From NCBI RefSeq assembly GCF_009914755.1, contig NC_060925.1: DNA of 64,000 nucleotides; one strand, 5' to 3'. This document shows positions 47,565 to 60,686 of the stretch, piece after piece. The notes under the pieces were generated by a model, which did no database searches, had not been told where the DNA came from, and saw only the letters and a list, made by a program, of their open reading frames with translations. Numbering within the stretch: position 1 is the first letter of the stretch; every line of letters starts with the position of its first letter. This DNA is from the human T2T-CHM13v2.0 reference genome, Homo sapiens. A program made the position numbers and the translations under genes.

Positions 47565-48147
47565 TATATTTAACATTTTTTAAATGTTTAAAATTATAAA
47601 GCTGGTGAGTAAAACAAAAACATCTTTGAGTGATACAGATCGGCAGAATTTCCCCAGCCTCATTCCTGAGAGACCACCACATAAAAATAACTTGGTTATC
47701 TGCTTCTGTATGTAAACTCAGGTTGTTTGTGCAAAACATAAACTGCCCCAACTAAGAAATCCTGAAGAACATGCAAAAGGAGGTACTTTCACTGTCATTT
47801 TATTAAAAGGCACACAAGTCACTACTGCTGAATATACCACTGTTTCTACCCAGCTATTTTAAAATTATTGGTAGATAATGTGGTGAGCTACTGGTAAATA
47901 CAGCTGTGAACACAGCAGCACACACCATCTGGAGGCTTTTGACTTAAGCGATTTTTCAAATGCACAGTATATTTACACTCTTTTGTTCCTTTGAAGCCCA
48001 CCAGTCACATATAAATGGACCCTTTCTTAAAACTACAACTACAAAAGCTCATTCATCTTGTGGAAAACAAGATATGAGAAACAAATCTAATTGTTCAGCT
48101 TTAGAACAAGTGATTATTTCAAATCATTAACAGCATAAATACTTTAC

Positions 48148-48299
48148 TTTTTCTATTTTTATTTTTTTTAATAGATAGAGACAGGGTCTCGCTATGTTGC
48201 CAAGGCTAGTCTTGAAATTCTGGACTCCAGAGATCGAGATCTTCCCAATAGGGCCTCTCAAAATGCTAGGATTACAGACGTGAGCCACTGCACCTGGCC
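48148..48299 (-). mobile_element. FLAM / AluJ left monomer
   Basis: TSD aa(t/c)actttactttt. Confidence 0.8.
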
Positions 48300-48394
48300 C
48301 CAACACTTTACTTTTATAATGATCTCCCATACTTACCCATTATATTCTTATTATCTTAACAAGAAGCTTCTGATTAATACTCTAAAATTAAATG

Positions 48395-48478
48395 TTTTCT
48401 TCTTTTTTGTTTTTCAATGAGACAGGGTCTTGCCCTGTCACTCTGGCTGGAGTGCAGTGGTGCAATCATGGCTCACTA
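48395..48478 (-). mobile_element. Alu 3' fragment
   Basis: gagacagggtcttgccctgtcactctggctggagtgcagtggtgcaatcatggctcact. Confidence 0.75.
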
Positions 48479-48499
48479 ACCTGCTCAGAAATTATGTTT

Positions 48500-48840
48500 G
48501 TAAGTTTCACGAATCATCATGCTCATTTTTATTTGTTTTGTCCTCCTCCACTGGAAAATAAATGCTATGAGAACAGAGACTTCATCTTTTTTGTATCTTC
48601 AGCAACTAAAACAGTACCTAGTACATAATTAGTGCTCACTATGTTAACTATTCACTGTTTTCCCATGCTAAGCATGGTCCTAAAGCATTTCGTAAACCCT
48701 CTAGGTAGACTCATTATTTTCTGGTATGAGAAAACAGTCACAGAGGTTAAATAACTTACCCCAGGTATCACAGTGAGTAAGTGGTAAACTAAGAATAGAA
48801 CTCAAACTCAGACAGCCTAACTATTTACCACTACGCTGTA
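48500..48840. mobile_element. L2 3' end (+) followed by MIR (-)
   Basis: ctatgagaacagagacttcatc...aacagtacctagtacataattagtgctc; then cacagaggttaaataacttacccc. Confidence 0.6.
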
Positions 48841-49506
48841 CTGAATAAATTAATGAATTACACCAGAGTTCAATGATAACATTAAAAATTGAGTAAAATT
48901 ATGCTAATTTTCCTATTGACTAAGCATCAACATTATTCTGTTTTATTACAAATATTTAAGTATGTCAACTATTTCATGGATTAATTAGATTTTAGAGGGA
49001 AAGTCTAAGACCCCAATCATCATTAATATGTGGAATTGGATAACAACCTGGAAAAAGACTTACAAATGAACTTGTGATATAACCTGTTTGAATTGGATGT
49101 AGGATACCTACTTCCCTCCATTATTCCTTGGATTCAGCAGTCTGTTGCCAATCTGAATGTTTTAACTTCTTTTAATTAGAGAAAACATTTTCTATATAAG
49201 TTACAATGAAATTATCACGTTTTCTAGAAAATACTGCACTCTACTGCTTCATTCCAGGTTGTCTGAAGATGGACCAATTTCTCCAATGAATTAAAAAGTA
49301 TCTTAGTCTAAGACAAGCTCTCTTTCTACCCAGCCACCCCCACGAGATCCCACTCCGCCCCAACAACCCTCAGCCCCCATCTTCTATCAGCAAACTGGGC
49401 CTCTGACACAAAGGTACCACATTTATAATATCAGCTTTAGTCATAAACAGATTTCAATCAAGTTTGTTTCTACGACTTTTGCTCCTTTTTAAAAATGCAA
49501 TGGATA

Positions 49507-49848
<342 letters not shown>

Positions 49849-50767
49849 TCAACAGGAAAGCAGACAGTAAAGAGACCAGACCACTGAGAACCCATGTCAG
49901 TCACATTACAATCTATGTTACAGCCTGAAAAGCCTGAAAAGACTCAAATCTACTCATAAATACTTTCTAATAACTTGAAACAATAACACTATAAAATATC
50001 AAGTTGGCCACACATGCCCCTGAGCAGACACGTCTAAAAGCTTCTATGTGCCACCCAGCCCATGGCCAAACTGCTGTTGGTCAATGGGTTGCTCAAGTCC
50101 TTTTGTACAATGTAACGAGAGGTAAGAGACAAGGGGGAAACATTCTAGCCACCTTATCTCCAATGATGCCAACATTTATTTCTGCTTGAGTTTTACAAAC
50201 TAATCCTAGACTAGTTAACAAAGAACCCATTTTTCATTGTTGATTTTTACACAAAATATTGGCTTCCTATGTCATTATAAAATGGATGGCTCCATCGGCT
50301 TCTCAGCCTACACAATAGCAAGCAAAACCCTTTGGCCTTGGAAAAGCATGGTAAATATAATACCTACTAATAAGTTACATGGTTTACCAATTTCCTCAAA
50401 ATCAAAAATAAATCTCTCACAAGTCAACTATTAAATAAGTAAACAAAAGCTTGTCTTGTTCTATCACTTGCTTAAAAGCAAGCACGGTGGCATGGGAGAG
50501 GGATTAAGAAACACAACCAGTCAAGTCCATAAAACCTTCAGTGTAAGATAAAACTACCCTGTAGGAGCAGCCAATGCATTCTGACCTAACAGCTGTACAC
50601 AGTTGCACTAGTTAAAATGAAAAGCTAGTCTGCATCACACACAGGCAATTCACTGAGCCTTACTGATACGTTGATGGGGTTTACCATCACAGTCTTCCCT
50701 CCCCTAACCTACAATGTAAAAAATAAATTGCCATATAGCTGAAGGCACCGGGATGGGGGTGAGGGGA

Positions 50768-50769
<2 letters not shown>

Positions 50770-50805
<36 letters not shown>
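50770..50805 (+). repeat. (AC)18 microsatellite followed by (TCCC)n
   Basis: Uninterrupted run. Confidence 0.95.
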
Positions 50806-50807
<2 letters not shown>

Positions 50808-52399
50808 CCTCCCTCCCTCTCTCAGGCATTTCAAAAATAATCACAACCATGTAGATTGTAACATATCCTATACGCTATAAAAACACACACACAAAGGAAG
50901 TGGTACAGCTACATTACGTCAGCTCTTGCCTCAATTCATAAATGCAAAAACCACAAAACAAGACAAAAATCTAAACGGCCTTTTTCTGGAAATCTTAGAG
51001 TGAATGAATGTGGGTTAAGTCTTTAAATATGTTATTGAACACTTCTCGCAGATGCATTGCTTTCATCAGCCACGGGGAGGGAAAAAGTGTAATCTTGGTC
51101 AATTCTATCATGCAACCAGATCAAATAACATTTCAAGTGCAGCCTGCCAAGCGCCAGCGCCTGCCGGAGTACAATGAGCGCTCAACTGCTCTGGACTGAA
51201 AAACCATCTTTCACTGGTCCCAGGGATCTTTATAAAATAGTTTAAACACTACTAAATTACAGAGTTAGAAAAAAAAAATACAAGCTCAACTCTGCTGCCC
51301 CCACACTATTGTGAAGCTGCTGTTAAGCATCTAAAAATCTGCCTTGTGTAATTTACTAGGCAATGTAAATATTCAGAAAGGCAACTGCCTCTCAGAGCCC
51401 AAGTCTAACACATGCATAAAAATGTAGAGTTGGTTGTGCTTCTGGAAATAATTGCCCACAGATCAACGTGCTTACATGGGATATTGTTCCCATCTGTAAG
51501 GTTTCAAATCATGTCTACTTTAAATTTGGAGTTTCCAGAAAGAGGAAAAAAAAAAAAAAGCCAGAACTCAAAACAGTAATTTTGGCACAGAATTGTGAGG
51601 ACTTTGTTAAATCTGTTCTCAACTTTTACTCAGTGTCTCAATCTTAAAACACAGAGGCACAAAGGGAAAATGGAATTTCTCTGTAGACACCCGTGTTCAT
51701 TCACAGACCATTTTTTAGATTTTCCGTGTGGCTGAGAGGCCTCCAGCCAAACAATGCCCACAGAGCGCGGGACACATGTGCGCCAGGGACGCTTAAGGGC
51801 TGCAAGTAAAACAAAGTAACCTATTACAGGAGTTTCCTTCTCAGCAAACAAAAAGTGGTCAAGCAGGTCTCCCTACAGTTTCAGAAAACAAGAGTTGAGT
51901 AAACAAGAGAGGAGAAACAAGGAAGACAGCATCCCACACTAAAAAATTCTTTTAACAATTTAAACGTAAAACAATCGTCAAGAGTACCTCCGCATTTTAG
52001 CTACTCTGGCAAAATAACAGTAGTTCGGTCCAAGAAGAAAATTTCATTTGTCACTTAAGTAGCCTCAAATCAAGTCCATCAAATTCATTTTATTTTTAAA
52101 CTTGTTTATTCCACAGTAAAGCAATGAAGTTTCTGATCAAAGAGCGACTTCTGCATTATACTCGGCTTCAAAAGCACTTTCCTTTCAGAAGAAAAAAATA
52201 AAAATATATACATATACATGTATTTTTAAATAGTGTTTTCTCTCCCCCCTCAAAAAAATGTTTTCTGTTCGATTTAATTAACTGAGATTTCAAGAGTTTG
52301 GGGCTACTTAAAAACTAGTGAGCCCAACAGAAATGCAATGGGACACGGCAAATACTGACTCCCCGTTCCTGGAAAGCCATCATCATTCTTAGGAACACC

Positions 52400-53100
52400 C
52401 GAGTTCCATCTTTCTAGGGTCGGCTGGAACACTCCGTGCACCCACCCCGAGCCCCCCGCCCGCACTTGTCCAACTTTCTGGCCCGAGATTCGCGTCCCCC
52501 TCGACGCACGAGGCCGCCGGCCACTTGCCTGCGGCCCGCTGGCGGCGAGAGCTGAGCCCGCGGGCCTGGTCCTCCTCCTCCGGCGCAGGGCCCCGCCAAC
52601 TCCGGACCCGCGGAAAGGGGCGGCGCAGGCGGGCAGGTGGGGGCCCGGGGAGTGAAGTGCACTTGCTAAAACAAAAGGAGGCCTGAGCGGCCGCAGGGCA
52701 CCGCGGCGCGGGCGCAGGTCCCGGCGGCTTGGCGGCTCCGGGAGGCGGTGGCCGCGCGGGGCCCCGCCCGCGGCTAGGGAGGCGGCCGCCCTGGCCCGAG
52801 CCTGCTGCCCACGGCCGCGGCACTCAGCTCGCACTCCTTCAGCCCGGGAGGCCGGGCCAGCACTGCCACATGCCGGTGACCCAGACGCCGGGAGAGAAAG
52901 AGCAGACTCCCCGCGACGGCGGCGGCCGGCAAAACCCGGGCTGGAGCCCAGCCCGCTCCGCGCGCACCCCTGCTGGCCGCCGCCGCGGGCGCGCGCACAC
53001 ACAATGCCAGCTGCAATTTTATCTCCTTCGTTGCTTGGCCAGCCTCCACCCGCTCCAATCCTCCCTCCCCTCCGACAGCCGGAACTGGGAGCCTGCGTGA
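52400..53100. promoter_or_regulatory. Intragenic CpG island; putative alternative RERE promoter or enhancer
   Basis: Very GC- and CpG-rich stretch of about 700 bp with GC boxes (ccccgccc at about 52453 and 52763) and CCAAT at about 53055, inside an Alu-free interval (49811-55308). Confidence 0.85.
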
Positions 53101-53999
53101 TTGATGGCAGCTCTTAATAGCGTGGTCAGCTAGAAAATGCATCTGCAAGCAAGATATTAAAGAGGCAGCGCATCCCTGTGAGTGATCAGCATTTCACACA
53201 TCCTAGAGCTGCCTCTGCTTCTGCCAGGAATATTAATGCCAACCACCTCTGACGTCTAATAAATGCAGATGAAACAACCAACAATCACAGACAAGCTAAA
53301 CATTTATTTCAAAGATGCACCGGGAGAAAGCAGCATTGTTTCGTGTCAAAGAACACTTCTGACCCCAGTTTTCCTTACACATTAAGAATTCTCTGCAAGC
53401 CATTTGTTTAAAAATCTCACCAATCCCTTTTCCACAAGTAAATAAAGATCCATCTGTTAGACAAGACATAGCTTAAATTGTGCATGATTGAAATTCATCT
53501 AATAAGGAAGCAAAATAAGTGCACATTCCTTACCATGTGGCTTTAAATAAACATATAACCTACCAGCTACCAGATTCCAAACTCCCTCATTAATTCAATT
53601 TTTATGTGAATCTTAACAGATTACCAACTGTTAATTTCAAACTAATTTCTTACCCACCCACAATTAATTCTGGTAAAAAATATATATATCAACTTGCTAA
53701 ATTTTATTAAAATTAAAGTACATTTAAAGCATGTATTCTCTAGTGGTGATAGCCAAGATCATTTTGTCCTCCCAAAGACATTGTATAGGAATTTTTTAAA
53801 TGTATTCCTATAAAATACAAATTCTAACTATTAAGTTCACTCAGTGTCAACCCAAATTAGAAAGGTACAAGCTGAAAATTTAAATGATTACTTCTGGTAT
53901 CTTCACTATTACACCTTTCCCCTTCCAGGCAAGTTTCATGGAACTCTCAAATAGCTTCATAAATGTTAATTAGACTTTCCAAGGCCCTATAAAGTGGCT

Positions 54000-54115
54000 G
54001 CATTATCAGGTACTCTCTTTCCAATAAACAGAGAAATTTAGACAGATTAAAGTGATTTGCCTATAGTCTCTCAACAAGATGGGGGTGGGGCCAGGCTGAA
54101 TAGAACCCAGGGGTC
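54000..54115 (-). mobile_element. MIR fragment
   Basis: agattaaagtgatttgcctatagtc...gaacccagg. Confidence 0.5.
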
Positions 54116-54899
54116 CTGCTTTGTTGCCACAGACAGCCAAACAGACATGCACATGCATGTTTGCTATTTAAAGATAACTCTGCTGGTCTCTCTTTAAAGA
54201 CAAATCAAGTTATTCTACAGGACATAGAAATATCTGTCTCAAACTCCTAACACAGCACATGTACTGAGAGCAAGAGCTGATGAGGCATAATGTCTTTGCC
54301 CCCCTGAAAGGTGGCTGTGATCAATACAAATCAGAGATGGTCTGTAGTGCAAATCTAGCTCTGCTATAAGCTCCACTAAACACCATTCCTCAGTGAAACC
54401 ATCCTGAGGGGGACCTGTGACTTGAAAATCTGCTTCATATCCAAGTGGCTATGAGATTACTCCATATATGTCAGAGATGAAATTGATCCTAAAGCCTTGC
54501 TACAAAGCTACTCCTGTACTTGGACACACTTCCAATTTTCTAACCAGCTATATCCAGACACATGGCACAGGCTGAAAAGAATTTCTTTTTTCTTTTCTAC
54601 AGACCATTTTAAAAGTGCCAGTTTATAGTGAGTTGGAAAAGGCTGGTGAGAAGAAGCAAACCGCTCTATTCTGAATTCATACTGTACCTAGTCTCTCAGG
54701 GATTCTAAATGCTTTGACAGCATTTTATGCCACTCAAATTCTTTTGTGCTCATCTTGCACCTGCTGCTAATCCAACCTGCACCCAGCCCCCCACTTTGCA
54801 GTTACACCAGTTTTTCCACTTCCCCCAGGTATAGGGATTTCTACCACAGGCCAGCAGGCTTCTTCCCACCAGAGCAGGAATAATCTCCTTGCAGCCCCA

Positions 54900-55200
54900 A
54901 ACAGCCACTCACAGACCGTTTAAAGCCTCCTTCAGATCTCAGGTCAAACATCACTTTTTCAGAGAAGCTTCCCCTGAGATCCCATTCTAGGTCAAGTTCC
55001 TTTGTTATAAGTTCTCATAGAACTGTGTTCCTCCTTCACAGCATTGATCTCCGTTTGTAAGTCATGGGTGTGATTTTTTTTAACACTCATAGCCCCTTCT
55101 AAACAGTTCCATAGAGTTCTATAGAGAAGGTTCTATATGTTTGCTCATCATGTAGATTTATGTCAGGTACACAAATCTGTTGAATGAATAAATGAACTGA
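54900..55200 (+). mobile_element. L2 3' end
   Basis: ctcaggtcaaacatcactttttcagagaagcttccc...aaatctgttgaatgaataaatgaa. Confidence 0.7.
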
Positions 55201-55308
55201 GGTCAACAACACTGCTTTACTCACTCCATATATTCTCTGCACATTTCTTGGCACAAAGAAGCCTATCTCAAATAAGTAACATCTATGCAAATAAGAATAT
55301 CTTCTATT

Positions 55309-55609
55309 GGCCGGATGCGGTGGCTCACGCCTATAATCCCAGCACTTTGGGAGGCCGAGGTGGGCAGATCATGAGGTCAGGAGATCGAGACCATCCTGGC
55401 TAACATGGTGAAACCCTGTCTTTACTAAAAATACAAAAAATTAGCCGGGCGTGGTGGCGGCCACCTGTAGTCCCAGCTACTAGGGAGGCTAAGGCAGGAG
55501 AATGGTGTGAACCCAGGAGGTGGAGCTTGCCGTGAGCTGATATTGCCATGCACTCCAGGCTGGGTGACAGAGCAAGACTCCGTCTCCAAAAAAAAAAAAA
55601 AAAAAAAAA
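55309..55609 (+). mobile_element. AluY
   Basis: gaatggtgtgaaccc...ggagcttg; 16-bp TSD aagaat(a/g)tcttctatt. Confidence 0.9.
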
Positions 55610-55642
55610 GAATGTCTTCTATTAACCTTTAAAAGCCTAGTA

Positions 55643-55763
55643 AGCCAAGAGTGGTGGTTCACGCCTGTAGTCCCAGCCGCTCAGGAGGCTGAGACAGGAG
55701 GATCCTTTGAGCCTAGGAGTTTGAGTCCAGCAACATAACAAGACTCAGTCTCTAAAAAAAAAT
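55643..55763 (+). mobile_element. FLAM_A-like monomer
   Basis: cctgtagtcccagccgctcaggaggctgag...cagcaacataacaagac; TSD aaaag(c/t)ctagtaa. Confidence 0.75.
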
Positions 55764-57282
55764 TTAGAAAAATAAAAAGTCTAGTAAAAAGGAGGATTTT
55801 TATCCCCATTTTATGAAGATATAAAATAATTGTGCCTGGGGTTACTCAAAAACACAGAGATCCTAACTAGTGTCCTATTTCCAAGCTACACTTTTTAAGA
55901 GTTAATGAAGTATAGAAGCCATCGCTAGTTTATTCAAGCCAAGTTCTTCCTATTACCCAGCCCTTAAGGGATATGCAAACAGCCACAGGTAAACTGGACA
56001 GAGGACTAAATCTTGTATACACACAGAGCAATATAAACAGAATATAAAACTTAGAAAGTACTTTGTACACTAGTTTGTCTTCAAAGCTTCTCAGAATGCA
56101 AAAGCACTACCAAATTCTGCTGTGAATGAGGGGAGTTCATTCTTACCTCCCTTTTACACTGAACTTACTTTATTTTCAGGTTTTTTTCTCTAAGTAACAG
56201 ACCTGACATGGAAGCCTTCGAAAGAGCTCTTTCCACCTAGGAACTCAATGGTGGGTGTACTCCTCAAAGTGAAACATTTGTTTTAACCCTCATTAGTATG
56301 AGTTTGTAAATTACTTTGTGAAGAGGAAAAATCAAAGTTATTACAACAAAAACTATAATTTTTCAGGTGTTTTGCACATGACCACATGAAAAAGTAATAG
56401 GAAGAATAATTATGTAAGATAAATGAAAAATATTAGATATACCACATCCCTCCCAAATTAATACTCATTATGACTGTCAGCATTCCACAAGGGATTCCTT
56501 GGTTCCCATGTTATCTCCCTGGCCTGGTCTGCACCATTGCTTCTTTTTGTCCTAAGCTCCATTCCACACAAATTCCAGCTCTCCGTTTCCATAACACCCG
56601 TCATTTATCAAAACAACCCTGTCAAGTTGAGTACCATTAACAGATAATGAGAGGAGACAACAGATGTGGCTGGAAGCAAAGCACTCTATATTCTACAGGC
56701 CTCAGCATGCAGCCAAGTGAGCTGACATCTGACTTTATCCTAACAGTTATAATTAAATCGAAAGTCTAGTTAAACTAACATTAAAGCTATGACCAGAAAC
56801 ATCACACAGGGGAAATGTGAAGGGGAACCTTAGCAATAGCTGAACAGGACCCACATTATTCCAGACCCTTAACCTGGAGCAACCACCCTGCATGGACTCT
56901 CTCCACCACTCCGCTCTGTCACAGCAAAGGAAGAATCATAACCATATCTTCTGAAGATGGCAACTTTGGGCCACTTTCCAAGACCACCGAGGCAGCAAGG
57001 AAACTGCATTTTTACATGAAAGTTTAAACAGTAGCACTCATTTAATAACACTAATAAGTGTCAAAATTCTAACTATCAAGTTACCTGAGACAATCAACAT
57101 TCTTTCCTATAGCATTATCCAGTACAACCATTCAGACCAAGTAATTTAGCTCACCCATGTCAAAATGTCAAAAGTACACCCCAACGTCATCAAGCAAACA
57201 GTGACTGAATCCAGGATTGTATTAGTACCAGTTAGCTATGTCCGCATAGGATGCTAGGGTGGAGAGGATTTGATTTGTAACA

Positions 57283-57587
57283 CAGTACTCCACTTTTATC
57301 CACAGTTTCGCTTTCCAAGGCTTCAGTTACCCTGAGTCAACTACAGTTCAAAAATAGGTGACTAAGGTACAGTAAGATACTTTGAGAGGCCACATTCATA
57401 TAATTTTCATTACAATGTATTGTTATAATTGTTCTTATTATTGATAATTTAATTTCCCTTATAAATCAAATTTTATCATAGGTAGGTATGTGTAGGAAAA
57501 TAGTAAAAACAGGGTTCAGTATTATCCAGTTTCAGGAACCCACGGGGGCCTTGGAACACATTCCCAAGGGTAAGAGGAAACTACTGT
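57283..57587 (+). mobile_element. MER44A (Tigger7-derived)
   Basis: cagtactccacttttatccacagtttcgctttcc...gggtaagaggaaactactg TIRs. Confidence 0.85.
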
Positions 57588-57605
57588 CCTATACAGAATA
57601 CGGAG

Positions 57606-58292
57606 GGATATGGTTTGGCTCTTTGTCCGCATCCAAATCTCATCTTGTAGCTCCCATAATTCCCACATGTTGTGGGAAGGACCCGGTTGGAGATAACTGA
57701 ATCATGGGGGCAGGTCTTTCCCATGCTGTTTTCGTCATAGTGGATAAGTCTCACAACATCTGATGGTTGCTTTTTTGTTTTTGTTTTTGTTTTTGTTTTG
57801 AGGCGGAGTCTCACTCTGACCCCCAGGCTGGAGTGCAGTGGCATGATCTCAGCTCACCGCAACCTCTGCTCACCACAACCTCCACCTCCCAGGTTCAAGC
57901 AATGCTCCTGTCTCAGCCTCCCAAGTAGCTGGGGACTACAGGTGTGTGCCACCACACCCAGTTAATTTTCTATTTTTAGTAGAGATAGGGTTTCACCATG
58001 TTGGCCAGCTGGTCTGGAACTCCTGACCTCACTGAATCCACCCACCTCAGTCTCCGAAAGTGCTGGAATTACAGGCATGAACCACTGAACCCGGCCAATC
58101 TGACGGTTTTAAAAATGGGAGTCTCCCTGCACAACCTCTCCATCTCTTTGCCTGCTGTCATCCATAGAAGATGTGACTTGCTCTTCTTTGCCTTCCGCCT
58201 CCCCAGCCACGTGGAACTGTGAGTCCACTAAACCTCTTTTCTTCCCAGTCTCTGGTATGTCTTTATCAGCAGCATGAAAATATACTAATACA
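57606..58292 (+). mobile_element. THE1A/B solo LTR split by an Alu
   Basis: gatatggtttggct...caaatctcatcttgtagctccc ... atcagcagcatgaaaatatactaataca; TSD cggag/tggag. Confidence 0.9.
57771..58097 (-). mobile_element. AluS inside THE1
   Basis: (TTTTTG)n tail; TSD atctga(t/c)ggtt. Confidence 0.9.
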
Positions 58293-58358
58293 TGGAGTTA
58301 CAATTTTAAGCAAACTATCTACTTCTTTTGCTTTTCCAACTCACCAAAATGTCACTAG

Positions 58359-58690
<332 letters not shown>

Positions 58691-58748
58691 AACTCTAGAG
58701 TTTTTAAAAGAAAAAAGAAAAATATAAAATTCTTGAAGCTCTTTTAGA

Positions 58749-58889
58749 TTTTTTAATTTTTTTTTTTCTTATATTGAGACAGGGTCTCAGTATGTTGCCC
58801 ACGTTGGTCATGAACTCCTGAGCTCAAGCAATCCACCCACCTCGGCCTCCCAAAGTGCTAAGATTACGGGTGAGCCACGGCACCCAGCT
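58749..58889 (-). mobile_element. FLAM_C-like monomer
   Basis: gagacagggtctcagtatgttgccc...ctcaagcaatcc...gagccacggcacccagc. Confidence 0.8.
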
Positions 58890-58989
58890 CCCTTGTAGAT
58901 TTTTTTTAGAGTATATGGTCCTACGGAAAATCCAAGCAATTCCACTTAACAGGCTGAAGGTTTACCAGGCTCTTCTCTAGAACATAGGT

Positions 58990-59720
58990 ACAAAAGCATG
59001 CACATATACATAAAAACATATGTATTCATTTGTCTGAGGGTTCACTTGTTGATTTTTTGTCACAAAGATGAAATCCCACTATTTATGTTATACAGCAAGT
59101 CACTTCTCTCACTTTACAGAAGACCATTAACATCCCATTCCTGTTTATTACTGCAAAGAACTGAACAGTGTGGGAGTCCCATAATTATTATATAACAAGC
59201 CCCTTATTGAGTCTTTTTCACATTTTTTACTCTTATAAACAGTGCTACAACAAACTTCTTTGTGCATACATGTATTTCTACACTGAAGGAATCCCTAGTT
59301 CAATGAATATACACTCTTTCAGAGAGAGTCAAACAGCCATCCAAAAGCTGTACAACTTATACTCTTACCAGCAGTGGGTCCTGGTCCTGTTCCCATACTC
59401 TTATTCTGGTTTTTGTTGGTTTGGTTTTGGATTAGGCACTCTCTTGGATCTCCTACCTTTCTGGCGATTCTCTCTTTCTTTCCATGACTCCTCCTAAATA
59501 CAAGTAGTCCCTGTCAAGCCTCCTTTTATCACATTCGGCCATCTCACATCAGTGAAAAGATCCACTCTCAAGCTGTTTCTGTGTTTGTGATTCCAAAATT
59601 TGATTTTTCCAGCTGAGCTTGCTTCTTAGCAAGAGGCCCACATATGCAAATGCCCTATGGGTTCCACCATAATGGCATTCCACAGACACTCTCAATCCCA
59701 AACCAAATCAAAATGTTCTT
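58990..59720. mobile_element. Highly diverged L1M (-) and L2 fragments
   Basis: ttataaacagtgctacaacaaac...caacttatactcttaccagcagtg (L1 reverse-complement-like); pyrimidine-rich L2-like remainder. Confidence 0.45.
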
Positions 59721-59739
59721 CCCCCTAAGTCCTGGGGGG

Positions 59740-59804
59740 ACTGTTGCAATCTACGTAATATACTCTTGAATATACTGTTGCAGTCTACGTAATATACTCT
59801 TGAA
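59740..59804. repeat. 31-bp direct duplication (period 34)
   Basis: actgttgca(a/g)tctacgtaatatactcttgaa at 59740-59770 and 59774-59804. Confidence 0.95.
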
Positions 59805-59986
59805 AAATAACTAGAAATAACATCAGATTATAAAAAGAAAACAAAAAGCCCAAGACAGACTGGCCTTTAGTAAAACTCTGAATAGCACACTTTAAAGTGA
59901 AATAACATAGGTACAACATTAAGGTTGGGCATTAGTTACAACCTTCCTTCGTGTTTTACTTTCCAACATAGTCCCAAACATAGATA

Positions 59987-60286
59987 TTTGTTTGTTTGTT
60001 TGTTTTTTGAGACGGAGTCTCGCTGTGTCACCCAGGCTGATGTGCAGTAGCATGATCTCGGCTCATTGCAAGCTCCGCCTCCCAGGTTGATGCCATTCTC
60101 CTGCCTCAGCCTCCCTAGTAGCTGGGACTACAGGTGCCCACCACGCCCGGCTAATTTTTTGTATTTTTAGTAGAGACGGGGTTTCACCGTGTTAGCCAGG
60201 ACGGTCTCAATCTCCTGACCTCTTGATCCGCCTGCCTCAGCCTCCCAAAGTGCTGGGATTACAGGCGTGAGCCACCGTGCCTGGCC
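59987..60286 (-). mobile_element. AluY
   Basis: Perfect TSD atagtcccaaacata. Confidence 0.9.
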
Positions 60287-60314
60287 ATAGTCCCAAACAT
60301 ATTTAAGAGTGATA

Positions 60315-60686
<372 letters not shown>

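Noticed and set aside
52963-52980. CTCF-like ggccagcaggggtgcgc
   Set aside because: Only the first 10 core positions match; not supportable in GC-rich background without a PWM scan or ChIP
52304-53148. 232-, 144-, 124-, 123- and 82-aa ORFs in the CpG island
   Set aside because: Stop-poor GC-rich sequence, overlapping frames on both strands, Ala/Arg/Gly/Pro bias, no recognisable domain
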